Translations under genes and position numbers: made by a program
DNA from: Macrostomum lignano
Taxonomy: Eukaryota
Direction: 5' to 3'
Assembly: GCA_002269645.1 (NCBI GenBank)
Contig: NIVC01000735.1
Span: forward strand, 310,001 to 374,000
DNA length: 64,000 nt
Shown here: positions 41,242 to 53,700 of the stretch, in pieces
How positions within the stretch are numbered: the stretch's first letter is position 1
Layout of the letters: the number at the start of each line of letters is the position of its first letter
The notes under the pieces: generated by a model
The model's database searches: none
Told to the model about the DNA's origin: nothing
The model's input: only the letters and a program-made list of their open reading frames with translations

Positions 41242-41975
41242 AATAGAAGCTCAATCTCTGAAAGTTGGCACACGGTACTCGACCACGTCACCGAGGACCC
41301 CGGGCGGTGTTTCACTCGAAGGTGAAACCCATGTAGACTTGATAGGATTTGGTCGAGTCTTCACTGTCAATCAGTGAGCGTCCTCAGCTTCCGAGAGTAG
41401 GACTTGGGATGTAGGCCAGCCTCAGGGAAGACTTATCTTCGTCTCCCTCTGACTAACTCAATCATTCCTCAATGTATCATCTTAATTATTCATTAAGATT
41501 TAACTGCTCGAGTTTATTCGCGTTAAACCAGTGCTAATTATTAATTCGAATCATTTCGAATTATTTCAGTTTAAATTTAATCATTGAGCATTGGGAAAAG
41601 ACGGAATCGCTCCTGCCTTTAAGTGGCGCTTGGACAATTTTTTATTGTCCTCTTTCGCCTCGGACTTGTGTCCAGCAAGCCTCTACAAAGTCTGTTGGGT
41701 CGAAATGCACGGAGCAGATTCTCGAATTCTTGGTTGATTCGAAATATTTCCTTGGATTTGCTTATTTTCACTTAGTAGCTCAGGGTCCAGCAGAAGATAG
41801 CCGTGACAGGTGAGTCCTGCTGTGCCGTCCGCTCGATTATGCAGTGTGCGTACGCATGGTATGATAGCCCAGTGGTACACCCGGGCGGTCTGATTGGCTG
41901 CGGAGTGGGGTTGGATGCCGCCACCCCAATTCCGCCACCCCAATTCCGTCACCCCAATTCTATTGTAACTCCAAA

Positions 41976-42530
41976 ATATATTCAGCAACAGCTAACCCCC
42001 CCCCCAACTCACGCTGTCACACGGGCACAAAAGTTAAGCAATGTCTTTAATTCTAGTCTCAGTATCGTGTGTAGGAACCACGAGCATGCAAAAGTGCCGT
42101 GACTCTTCGTGGGCTCGTGGCATCCTGATCACCAGCCGGTTGATGAACTCTTAGGGCAGCTGCTGCCAGACATTCAGCACCGCCAGTCGCAACTGTTCAG
42201 CATTCTGTGGGGCATCCTGCTGAACTCTTCGCTTTACAAAGTCCTGCTGCGCCTTGAAGAATGCAGTTTTGCGGGCCGCCAAAGGTTGTCGTAGCAAATG
42301 GCAGAAACTGCTGCTGTAGCTGTAGCTCTGATGGTTTACCATTGCGCAATGCAGCCACCAGTGGGTTGAGTTGCGCCACACCCTCCCCAAATCCCCCATG
42401 CCGCACTTTGCGCTCGCGTCTGGCGGCGGCAGCCTTCACACATTTCTGAGTCACCGATGGCATACAAAACTTTTGGGCCGTGTGACAGCGTGAGTTTGGG
42501 GGGGGGGGTTTAGCTGTTGCTGAGTATATA
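41976..42530 (-). mobile_element. Internally deleted Tc1/mariner element, copy 2 (different internal content from copy 1)
   Basis: Same TIRs and terminal regions as 35200-35668; carries a ~120-bp segment (42241-42365) in place of the SPDMNPIEHVW stretch. Confidence 0.88.
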
Positions 42531-44679
42531 TAAAATGCGTGTCCAGCGATTGTAAGAGTTCGCCCCATGTTGTTACAGAAATAAAATAATTATAGTTTCG
42601 TTTCCTGTCCCGTTGCTTAAATCAAAGTCGTCCATGGCGCATGGAACTGAAAGTTTATAAGGAACAATGTAGCAGCTGACTCACCGAGGATTACCGTCTG
42701 TTTAGTGTTGCTTTGTGGGCGGCTGTAGGCTATAGGCCGCGTACAAAGTGTGCTAGGGGTTGCGGCTGACTTCGGCGTGGGGCGGGGGGCTGGCGGTTAG
42801 CTTTAAAACCCTTGACTTATGCTCCGTCAGTGGTCGCTCCTCTGTTCGTTCTCAGCCGAGAGCAAAGCAAGAAAAACCCCTGTAAGAAGCGCTCGTAAGT
42901 GCTTCTCGCCATCTTGCTTTACTACATTACATTGGAGTCTCTGCTGTGTCAGCCCCTAAAGTAGACAAAAGGAACCACGCGCCCCGCTCGCTGCAGCGTA
43001 GCTTTTTCATTTACCGTGGCTGCTGGTTTTGATGACATCTCGAGCCACCGGATCGTCTGAAACTTTTTAATACCAGACTGCCAACATCCACAAAGAAGGC
43101 GTAGGTGAGTGCATGCCAGGACACCACACCTATGCTGTATTTTTATATAGAGCTGACTTTCTACGAGTCCTAATCTTGCGCACCTGCAGAATTCCTGTCC
43201 GGTCGGCAGGATAGATGGAATATGTGGACAGCTTGAACCTTGAGGTGAGATTATAGAAAAAGCATTGATTCGATGTTCCTCTGTTCATTTACCCAACGCA
43301 CCAGTCTGCTTAGCAATGAGTCTTTCATAAGGTCTTTTGATCTCTACATCATCCTGAGTAGTATTGGTATATATTGAAGCTGACCATAACACACTCTTGG
43401 GCAGCCCAAGGTGTGTGGCAGATGTGGCAGTGGCACTGGCAGTTTCCAAACTATTCTGATTTTGTAAATAGCCCTATTTTCTAGGTAGCGATCTCAGCTA
43501 CCCTTGAAAACCTTAAATTCCTATCATTAATAAAAACCCAACTACTTTGACAAATGGTAGTGCCACTGCCACTGCCACCACTAAGAACCTTAAATTCCAA
43601 TCATTAAATAAAGAGTTATTTTTTGATGTGTCGAACATTTTCAGGGTCAAAAATTTTCATAGGGACTTTGGTAACGTCACCTGACTCCTGACGCAGACTC
43701 ACTGAAAAATTCTGGAGAGTTTTTCTATAACCTTAACCCCCCCTCTTGAAGCATGTTAATGAGTATCGATTATTTGTAAAACTCATTTTCAACGTGTAAA
43801 ACTTTTCCAGGATTTTGTAAAACTCATAATCAGTGTGTAAAAAAATATCGAAATAATTTCATAAAAATGGCAAAAAAATTTTTTTTTTTTAAATAAAAAA
43901 ATTCTAAATCTTCAAAATGACCGACACTCTTGATACTATTTCTAGATAATTGCCAACTGTTAAGCAACATATTTTAAACAATGTAATTTACGAATTTTTC
44001 ATGTAATTCAGATAAAACCGAAGTCAAGTTATCCCCCCCCCCCTAGAAATTGATGATATTTGTGAGCTAAAAGAAGAATATGGAGAAATCGTAGTATCCA
44101 TCGCCGAATATTTAAATTATGAAGATTGGGAAGAGAGGAGTGTAGATTCAGAGCAGAACAATAGTGATTTTGAGAGTACTGAAGAGAATTGAAGAGGAGG
44201 CTGACTAATTCAGAACTTTCATACCCTGATTGTTCAGGGTTCAGGGAAAAACCCGCATACAGTCTCCATTGTTCTCAGAAAAAGGGAACTTCCGCACAGC
44301 TCTCTCAAAAGGGGAACTCCCCTATGAGTCATCCTAAAAGCTGCCAAATCATCGTTGTAAATATCCCATTGTTTGGCGTATGCAATTTGACACGTCGACT
44401 ATCAGCTTATACAAAAGAGCTAGAACTACAGAAAACAGACATTCAATCCGCAACACTGACATTGAACGAGCTAGATCTTGTCACATTATTCATGTATGGC
44501 CCCAATGTACATTTGAAAGGCTCTCAACTTCAACTTTCTGCACACCATTCAAGGTAGAGAGCAATGTTGAGAATACCGAGAAGAAAGAAATCCATGTCGA
44601 CACGAAAAGCAAGGTTAGCATCAATGAGTTCAGCTGTAAGTTCTCAATTTTCTTTTTTATCCTGCTTTACTTCCATGCA

Positions 44680-45228
44680 CAGCCAGCCCAATGCAGTCAC
44701 TGATCCTACAGCCAGCCCCATGCAGTCACTGATCCCACAGCCAGCCCCATGCAGTTACTGATCCCACAGCCAGCCCCATGCAGTCACTGATCCCACAGCC
44801 AGCCCCATGCAGTCACTGATCCCACAGCCAGCCCCATGCAGTCACTGATCCCACAGCCAGCCCCATGCAGTCACTGATCCCACAGCCAGCCCCATGCATT
44901 CACTGATCCCACAGCCAGCCCCATGCAGTCACTGATCCCACAGCCAGCCCCATGCAGTCACTGATCCCACAGCCAGCCCCATGCAGTCACTGATCCCACA
45001 GCCAGCCCCATGCATTCACTGATCCCACAGCCAGCCCCATGCAGTCACTGATCCCACAGCCAGCCCATGCAGTCACTGATCCCACAGCCAGCCCCATGCA
45101 TTCACTGATCCCACAGCCAGCCCCATGCAGTCACTGATCCCACAGCCAGCCCCATGCAGTCACTGATCCCACAGCCAGCCCCATGCATTCACTGATCCCA
45201 CAGCCAGCCCCATGCAGTCACTGAGCCC
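44680..45228. repeat. 29-bp minisatellite (CAGCCAGCCCCATGCAGTCACTGATCCCA), ~19 copies
   Basis: Tandem units upstream of the large ORF acceptor. Confidence 0.95.
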
Positions 45229-45339
45229 CGTAGGCACCCACCTAAAAATGGAGGCGGGAACAGCTGTAACCCCGGTCATGCCAACAGGCATAAAATAGGC
45301 AATAATACTCATTAAACAAAAAGCATTTCCTGTTTCCAG

Positions 45340-48300
45340 ACGAATCGCTGCCAGAGCTTCAATGCCAGTTTTTGTGGCTCAGCGAGGAATTTATCAGCCA
45401 GGAGAAGTGCGCAGGCTATATTGAAACTGCCGAGGAAAAAATCAAATCCGACCCGCTCAACAGCTCAGCATATCACACCATCATCGCCTATTTATACACG
45501 CGGCCGACCTTTAAAGTCGATTACGAAAAAGCAGAAGAACATCTGAAACTTGCTGAACAAATTTGTTCCAGAAGTCAAGAGAGTCCTTCAGAAACAGCTG
45601 CGTCCGCAGGGGAAGATCAGTACGAAGGCATGCAAATTGACTGCGGCAGCAGCAGCGGCAGTGACACTTCAGCTGAAGTGAATCAACCGGTTGACGAAAT
45701 TCTCGATTGCAAATTTATCGTTGATGCTCTGCGACTGTGGATCCGCCGGCAGCGCGGCTGTCCGATGAGGGAGTTTAGTGAAGAGTGGTTCGCGCTTCAT
45801 CACAAGTGGACCGATGCTATGAGGAAGGCTGATGAAAAGAAGCAAGAAAGCTCAAAAGGAGCTCAAAAGACAGCTTCAGCGACTGAGGATACAGAGTCCG
45901 AGCGAATGTTGGTCCACACCTGGATTGTGGAGGCGCTGTCCTACCGCCATTTCGGCCGCAAATTTCTCCAGAAGGCTGCTGCTGTATGTAGAAAAGCAAA
46001 TAAACTCACCGGAAACAAGAATTTCTCCGCTCTGTTCGGCGAAGCCAACGCAGTGGCGACAATCAGGCGAGACACTCGCTTTATTATGAAGCCAAACCAG
46101 TACGAGATCCGCTTGTGGGCGCTGGCTTATGGACTTCGACCAGCTGATCCAGTCACCAGGTGCCACTTTCTAGCCAGCTGTGCCTTCGCTCTCATCAATT
46201 TCACTGCAGAGGAAAGCAATGGGAAAGAGGCCGAAAAAATCTGGGCAGAAATTCGCCGCGACGGAAAGCAGAAAACAGAGGATTCTCAATCCGGAATGGA
46301 AGATGATGATGAAAGTGAGGCTGGAGAATTTCAGAATCCCAAAACTGCAGGTCGTCCGCATCTTAGTTACTGGCTGGCTAAAGAAGCCTTTTCTATGAAA
46401 GGCGAAGTCGATATCGAATCTGTGAAAAAGGCATTCGATCTCTGTCAAAGAGTATTTCGTAATCTTGGATTGACTGACAAGGCAGATGAAGTGAAGAAAG
46501 CTCTGAAAGACGCAAGCAAAAATTATTACATGGAAGCGGATAAGCTATTTACTGTGGCAAAAGAATTGAAAGGGAAAAAACGTCATGATGAAGCAAAAGA
46601 GAAATTTGCAGCCGCCAAAAGCAAATTGAAGGAATTGCCCGACGGGCAGAGAAATTGGATGTCGGACTTTCTATTAATTAAAATCATTAACTTGGAAAGC
46701 AAAATTGATGGCGATGATAATGCTTATTTCATCGAGCGGTTGTACGATGAAAGCGCAACGAGATTTAGCCAAAAAATATCTGTTATGGCTGAAGTTCTTG
46801 TTCGGAAAGGCCACTATCAAATTTGCTTCGCCGAAAAGCCACTGGAAGGATGGCGGACACTTTACAGAGCGGTGGAACTTCACCCACTCTGCATTCATAA
46901 GTTTTACCCAATGGAGATTAACTATATGGAATCGAAGGTCGCAGCTGCAAAAGATGCAAAAATTCTGGACGAGCTTCAACTTGCTTGGTTCTGGCAGACT
47001 TTTAGCATCAAGACCGACGAGAGTCTCGCATTCTGGTTCCTACACCACTCACCAAGACCAAATGAACCTAAAAAGGGAGCTGAGACCTTTTTCTGGCGAA
47101 TTGAAACACCGAATTACTTAAGAAATAAAATAAATGACCGCAGTGACGAATGGAAATACTTCAAATCTCAGTTGAAACCTAAAGCTTTGATGCGAATTCG
47201 ACAAGAATTTGAGAATGTCTACGAAAAAGCTCTCGAAGATGCCACTGAGTTCAGCGCAGAACACGGGCGATTTGCCCGCTTCCATCTGTGCAGGTCGCTG
47301 CTTGACCGCAAGACTGAAGTCCCTCACGACTCGAAACAGTATTTTCTTGACCTCGTGGATGAAAACGCTTCGCTGCCAGAGAAGCGCGTGAAGGCTGAGT
47401 GGATACTAACGCAGATTTTGGGTCAAGAAAATGAGTTGAACATTGAAAACTTGCAGGAGTTCGTGTCTCTCGGCTGCAAGGACATTTTCCTAAAAATTCT
47501 CGACTACCTGATGAAGGGTAAGCCGAAATACCCGACCACGGAGCGGTACGAGACAGACGATCCGGAGCAGCTGGACTTCCGAGTCCCTTTCAGCACAGCT
47601 GCTTATGAGTTGTGCGCAAAGATGTTGAACTGCGCTGATTCTGAAGACAGCGGGTTTTACCTGCAGTCACTGCCCTTTGCTGTGGGTGAGGGGGGCAAGC
47701 AGCGAATCATCAAGTCTGATGCAAAATTTGCCAGTTACTTGAAAAAGCGAATCGAAGAGTTTTTGGGCATAGAGCAGTCCAAGAGATCAGTTGACCGCGG
47801 CGTCGTTATGCGAGAAATGCGGCTGAAACTGTCACGGAGGGCCCTCACTGCTGCGAGCAAGTCAGCAGAGAGCAGCAGCCAAACCGCTCAGTTTGAAATC
47901 GACTTATTGAAGAGGGCAAAGGAGCACTTGGACGGATTGGTTGAACTGCTGCCAACGGTAGATGGTAAAGATGCGACAGCAAACTATTTTCACGCCAGCA
48001 GAAACGATGGATTGAAATTGACAAATGAAAACTGGACGGTACTTCAGACACCCAGCAGGCTGGAACCCGTGGTGAAGTGGATAGGAAAAGAAAAGCCTCT
48101 TGAAAGAAAACCCGAGTTCAGCCAAGAAGCCCGCGAAATTTCTCATGAAGAGGCAACTCAGCTGGCCAAAACACTCTTCACAAAGGGAAAGTCCCTTCAA
48201 CAGAAGGCCAAAATAAAGCTTACTGACGACATTTTGAGTTTCCTTGCACAACGCGAGGCGTTTACATGGCGCAAGCAAGGAGCCTGGCTGTTCCTTTGGA

Positions 48301-48494
48301 CGCATTACGGCAACATGGTGCACAGGCGCAATCAGATGAAGGCAAGTGATTACCAAGAAGAAATCAAAACCAAACTGAAAAATCACGGAGGTCCTGATTC
48401 TATGTACCAGATGGCACAGTTCGCACTGGAGTTTGCCGAGGAAACTCAGTGGATTTTCGAAGATTGGATCAAGAAAAATAAAATTGATCACTAA
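45340..48494 (+). CDS. Large single-exon ORF (~1050 aa), helical TPR protein with an IFIT-like N-terminal region; start lies in an unresolved upstream exon
   Basis: Frame is open from the TTTCCTGTTTCCAG acceptor (45337-45339) to TAA. ESLPELQCQFLW, HTIIAYLY..YEKAEEHLKLAEQI and EALSYRHFGRKFLQKAAAVCRKA resemble IFIT motifs. AATAAA at 48555. Confidence 0.8.
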
Positions 48495-48584
48495 CTTGAC
48501 AATGCGTTTCACGACTGCAGTTCGGACTGATTCAAAAAAGACGGTTATTAATTCAATAAATAAAATATGAGTTCTATTTGGCAG

Positions 48585-49173
48585 ATTGTACTCTCTGCTG
48601 TTTCCCAATGTTTATTCAATACTGTGTACTCTGCTGTTTCCCAATGTTTATTCAATACTGTGTACTCTCCGCTGTTTCCCAATGTTTATTCAATACTGTG
48701 TACTCTCTGCTGTTTCCCAATGTTTATTCAATACTGTGTACTCTCTGCTGTTTCCCAATGTTTATTCAATACTGTGTACTCTGCTGTTTCCCAATGTGTA
48801 TTCAATACTGTGTACTCTGCTATTTCCCAATGCTTATTCAATACTGTGTACTCTCTGCTGTTTCCCAATGTTTATTCAATACTGTGTACTCTGCTGTTTC
48901 CCAATGTTTATTCAATACTGTGTACTCTCTGCTGTTTCCCAATGTTTATTCAATACTGTGTTTGCTCTGCTAATTCCCAATGTTTATTCAATACTGTGTT
49001 TGCTCTGCTACTTCCCAATGTTTATTCAATACTGTGTTTGCTCTGCTAATTCCCAATGTTTATTCAATACTGTGTTTGCTCTGCTACTTCCCAATGTTTA
49101 TTCAATACTGTGTACTCTCTGCTATTTCCTAATGTTTATTCAATACTGTGTACTCTCTGCTAATTCCCAATGT
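48585..49173. repeat. 36/38-bp minisatellite (GTACTCTCTGCTGTTTCCCAATGTTTATTCAATACTGT)
   Basis: Tandem units read directly. Confidence 0.94.
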
Positions 49174-49594
49174 TAAAGTACAGTGTACGCTGTACTATTA
49201 TGCTCACTCACCGCTAATATTAACTTTATTATATATCAGTTTTTTTCTGGTATTCAAACAGGGTTTTTGAGTCAATAGGTTGAAATGAGTCCGAAATTCA
49301 CAACTTTGAACTGGACTCTATTCATGAAAATTACCTTACGGATGTTGAGTATAAAACACAGAGAGTATCGCATTTGAATTTCGTAGATCGATTGATATTT
49401 GAACTTTGGCCAAAACTTTGAGCCAAAAACCCTGCTTTGAACATTTCAATCTCGCTAGTGTTAGCGTCCTGATGAACCGCAGCTTCTAGTGGCTATTGCC
49501 TGGATAAGTCTAAATAATAATTGCAACGAGAGAACGGAGCATATCTTTATTGTAATTCGTCCTATTTACACGTATGTTTTTTTGAGTGTGAGCC

Positions 49595-50282
49595 TAAAAC
49601 TCAATAACAGCAGCCTGTCTCTGAGTGTGATCCTACTCAATAACAGCAGCCTGTCTCTGAGTGTGATCCTACTCAATAACAGCAGCCTGTGTCTCTGAGT
49701 GTGAGCCTACTCAATAACAGCAGCCTGTGTCTGAGTGTGATCCTACTCAATAACAGCAGCCTGTGTCTCTGAGTCTGAGCCTACTCAATAACAGCAGCCT
49801 GTGTCTCTGAGTGTGAGCCTACTCAATAACAGCAGCCTGTGTCTCTGAGTCTGAGCCTACTCAATAACAGCAGCCTGTCTCTGAGTCTGAGCCTACTCAA
49901 CAACAGCAGCCTGTGTCTCTGAGTCTGAGCCTACTCAATAACAGCAGCCTGTGTCTCTGAGTCTGAGCCTACTCAATAACAGCAGCCTGTGTCTCTGAGT
50001 CTGAGCCTACTCAATAACAGCAGCCTAGGTCTGAGTGTGAGCCTACTCAATAGCAGCAGCCTGTGTCTGTAAGTCTGAGCCTACTCAATAACAGCAGCCT
50101 AGGTCTGTAAGTCTGAGCCTACTCAATAACAGCAGCCTAGGTCTGTAAGTCTGAGCCTACTCAATAACAGCAGCCTAGGTCTGAGTCTGAGCCTACTCAA
50201 TAACAGCAGCCTATGTCTGTAAGTCTGAGCCTACTCAATAACAGCAGCCTAGGTCTGAGTGTGAGCCTACTCAATAGCAGCA
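49595..50282. repeat. 36/38-bp minisatellite (CTGAGCCTACTCAATAACAGCAGCCTGTGTCTCTGAGT)
   Basis: Tandem units read directly. Confidence 0.94.
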
Positions 50283-50728
50283 AAATAATGATTAAAACGA
50301 GGACTCAAGGCTACAAGCAGCCTCCAATTCGAATAGATAAAATTGAAGCACAGGCGTCAGTTTCAAACCGGTTTCATAGAAAATATAAGTTTATTTATCG
50401 GGGCAGCGAATCATTTACCGATCAATGCAGCTTGCACAGTCAGACAGTAAAAGCACATAAAATAGAAGTACAGATATACATAATATTGACAACAGTGCAC
50501 CGAGTGCAGAGCAGCCAATGGAGAACCGGATTTGAGCTGTGAAAGACCCGCAGAAAAAGGGTGAAGGGGGCGGTTCAAGAAGGCGCGAATGGCAGCCGAA
50601 GACAGATTGAGAAATGACAGCAGAGAGTACACCAGTACACAGGGATGCGGGATGACATTTTACAGAATGAGAGCCTCTTGATTCAGCGGGGGTTCATCGC
50701 AGACTTTCAGCAGAGCGAAGTCGGCTTG

Positions 50729-53700
50729 TCACGGCAGACTGGCCGAGTTGGCCGCGGCCTGGCGCTGCCTGCTCTCGGCCTCGGCCAGCACGTAGTTCAG
50801 GCAGGAAGCGGCCTCGGCGTCCAGCGCCGCCAGAGCGTCGGGCGGGCAGACGGCCGGAACGGTGCGCGATACGGCCAGGAATTCGTCCAGCCGGAGCGCG
50901 TCCGCGGCGTCCAGCGGCCGCTCAAGGCGGGTGCTGAACGGCGGCCGGCCCAAATCGTCCAGATTGTCCAGACCGTCCGGGTCCGCCGAGTCCTGCCCGT
51001 CATCGACTTGGTCGCCGACGCCATTGCCAAGGGCGTCGCCGAGTCCCGCGTCAGTTTGGTCGGCCTCGGCCGCGGACTGGTCCTCGAAGGCCTCGTCCTC
51101 GTCGCTGTCCAACTCGCGCTGCGGAGCGGCCACCACCGCCGCTGCCGCCCTGCTGGAGTCACCAGCCTCCTCGGATTCGCCCTCGCCGTCGCTGCTGTCG
51201 CCGTCGCCGCAGTCGCCGTCGGCCTCCAGCCGGGCCTTGAGCCGGTAGGAGGCGCGCAGGCCGGAGAACAGGCGCAGCAGGGCGGGCAGCAGCGGCTTGG
51301 CGAGGTCGGGCCGCAGGCTCAGCAAGGAGCAGAAGGCCAGCACGCACAGCCGCCTGTCGTGCAGGCAGACCAGCCGACGATGCAGCCGCTCGTAGCTGGC
51401 GACGAGCTGGTCGGCGGGCAGCAGGCTGAGCGCCAGTTCAGGCCAGTGCAGCAGGCCGGCCAGGCAGACACGCAGGCAGGCGAGAGCCACGTCCTCACTG
51501 GCGGTGGAAGCGGCGGCCGACTGGGCTGAGGCCGATGCGGCCTGCAGCTCCATGCGCTTTGCGGCCGCGGTCAGGGCGCGCTGGACCTGTGGGGGGGGGG
51601 GCGGTCTCAGTTGAAACCAAGGATTCCTCAGCGGGACATCAATGATTCCCAGTAAACATCAAGGTTTCCACAAGGAACATCAAAGATTCCCCAAGGGACA
51701 GAAAGCATTACCCAAAGGATATCAAGGATTCCCCAAGGAACACTAAGGATTCCTCACGGGGTGATTCCTTCATATCTCCAAGTTTTATACCTTTGACAGC
51801 ACAGCACGTCTTTCATATCTCTGAAATTTCATATCTCCGACAAGCACAATCCTAACGGAGATATGAAACCCTTCCGCACACGGTCTAACAAGACACCAAG
51901 AAGAATTCCCAACACGGTCTCACAAGACATCAAGAAGAATTCCCCACACGGTCTCACAAGACATCAAGAATTCCCCACACGGTCTCACAAGACACCAAGA
52001 ATTCCCCACACGGTCTCACAAGACATCAAGAAGAATTCCCCACACGGTCTCACAAGACATCAAGAAGAATTCCCCACACGGTCTCACAAGACACCAAGAA
52101 GAATTCCCCACACGGTCTCACAAGACACCAAGAAGGATTCCCCACACGGTCTCACAAGACACCAAGAAGAATTCCCCACACGGTCTCACAAGACACCAAG
52201 AATTCCCCACACGGTCTCACAAGACATCAAGAAGAATTCCCCACACGGTCTCACAAGACACCAAGATGGATTCCCCACACGGTCTCACAAGACACCAAGA
52301 AGAATTCCCCACACGGTCTCCCAAGACACCAAGAAGGATTCCCCACACGGTCTCACAAGACACCAAGAAAGATTCCCCACACGGTCTCACAAGACACCAA
52401 GAATTCCCTACACGGTCTCACTAGACACCAAGAATTCCCCACACGGCCTCACTAAACACCAAGAAGAATTCCCTACACGGTCTCACTAGACACCAAGAAG
52501 GATTCCCCACACGGTCTCACTAGACACCAAGAATTCCCCACACGGTCTCACTAGACACCAAGAATTCCCCAGACGGTCTCACAAGACACCAAGAAGGATT
52601 CCCCACACATTGCTTACAAATCCCTGGTCCAGCCGTCCCGGGAACTGCAGCAGCGCGGTCTCCAGCAGCCGGGCCGCTCCCTCTTGTGCCTCCTCACAGG
52701 AGGTGTCTTCGCCCAAGATGCGCTCGCAGATGGCCAGCAGCTGGGCCGGCCGGCTCGCCTCGGCCAGGAGGTCGCCGCCGCTGCCGTCAGAGCTGGCCGT
52801 CACCAGGCAGTGCAGGGTGGCCACGAATTCTACAAACGTGTCAACAAAGTCGCCGTCGCGAGCGATGTAGGCGCCAATGATGGACAGCAGCTGCCAGACG
52901 GTCGGCGACAAGGTGCGCCTCCGCACCAGCCGATGCGCCAGCGCCGCCGCCTGCTCGTGGAACTCCGCCAGGTTGGCATCGAAGATGAACTTGACGATGT
53001 TGATCAGCAGCGGCTCCAGCTGGGACAGCAGCCGAGCATCCGAGCGGCGCACAGCGTCGGTCACGTCGGCCAGGGTGTCCAGCAGCCCCATGGCCAGCAG
53101 CATCCGGTCCTCCTCGACGGCATCGTCCAGGCCGGCGGTGTCCGCGTCCTCGCCGTGCAGACGGGTGAAGGCGTCGCCCAGCTGCTGTACGATGCTGGTG
53201 GCCAGCGGGCCGATGTGCTTGGCGTGGCGCAGGAACACCTTGCACAGCACAGTGTTGAGCTCCTCGCTGACTGTCCGGCGCATGGCGTCCAGCAGCTGGC
53301 CGATGATCGGCGCCGCGTGCGGCTGCAGCACGGCGTCGGCGCCGGGCTGATGGTCGATTAGCGCCTCCAGCGCCAGGGCGGCTTCCATCTGGGGACAGCG
53401 GGGTGTCGGGGCCTCGATAGACAGCCAGCAAAGGCCAAAGAAATGAAACACACCCGACCTGCTCCAGTTTGTTTGCAGGAGGTTTTTACTCTGCCGGAGA
53501 GCTCAGAGCTGCCAACCAATCACAGCAAGGTGAGCTGGAGCTCAGAGCTGCCAGCCAATCACAGCAGGGTAAGCTGGAGCTGCCAGCTAATCACAGCAGG
53601 GTGAGCTGGAGCTGCCAGCTAATCACAGCAGGGTGAGCTGGAGCTGCCAGCCAATCACAGCAGGGTAAGCTGGAGCTGCCAGCCAATCACAGCAGGGTAA

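Noticed and set aside
44046-44191. Short acidic open frame EIDDICELKEEYGE…STEEN*
   Set aside because: No start or family motif, and it ends in a stop, so it cannot be an upstream exon of the IFIT-like ORF; possibly a TE remnant
45340-48494. Horizontal transfer from a bacterium or virus as the origin of the intronless low-GC ORF
   Set aside because: It has a canonical acceptor and AATAAA and resembles a metazoan family; composition alone is not enough
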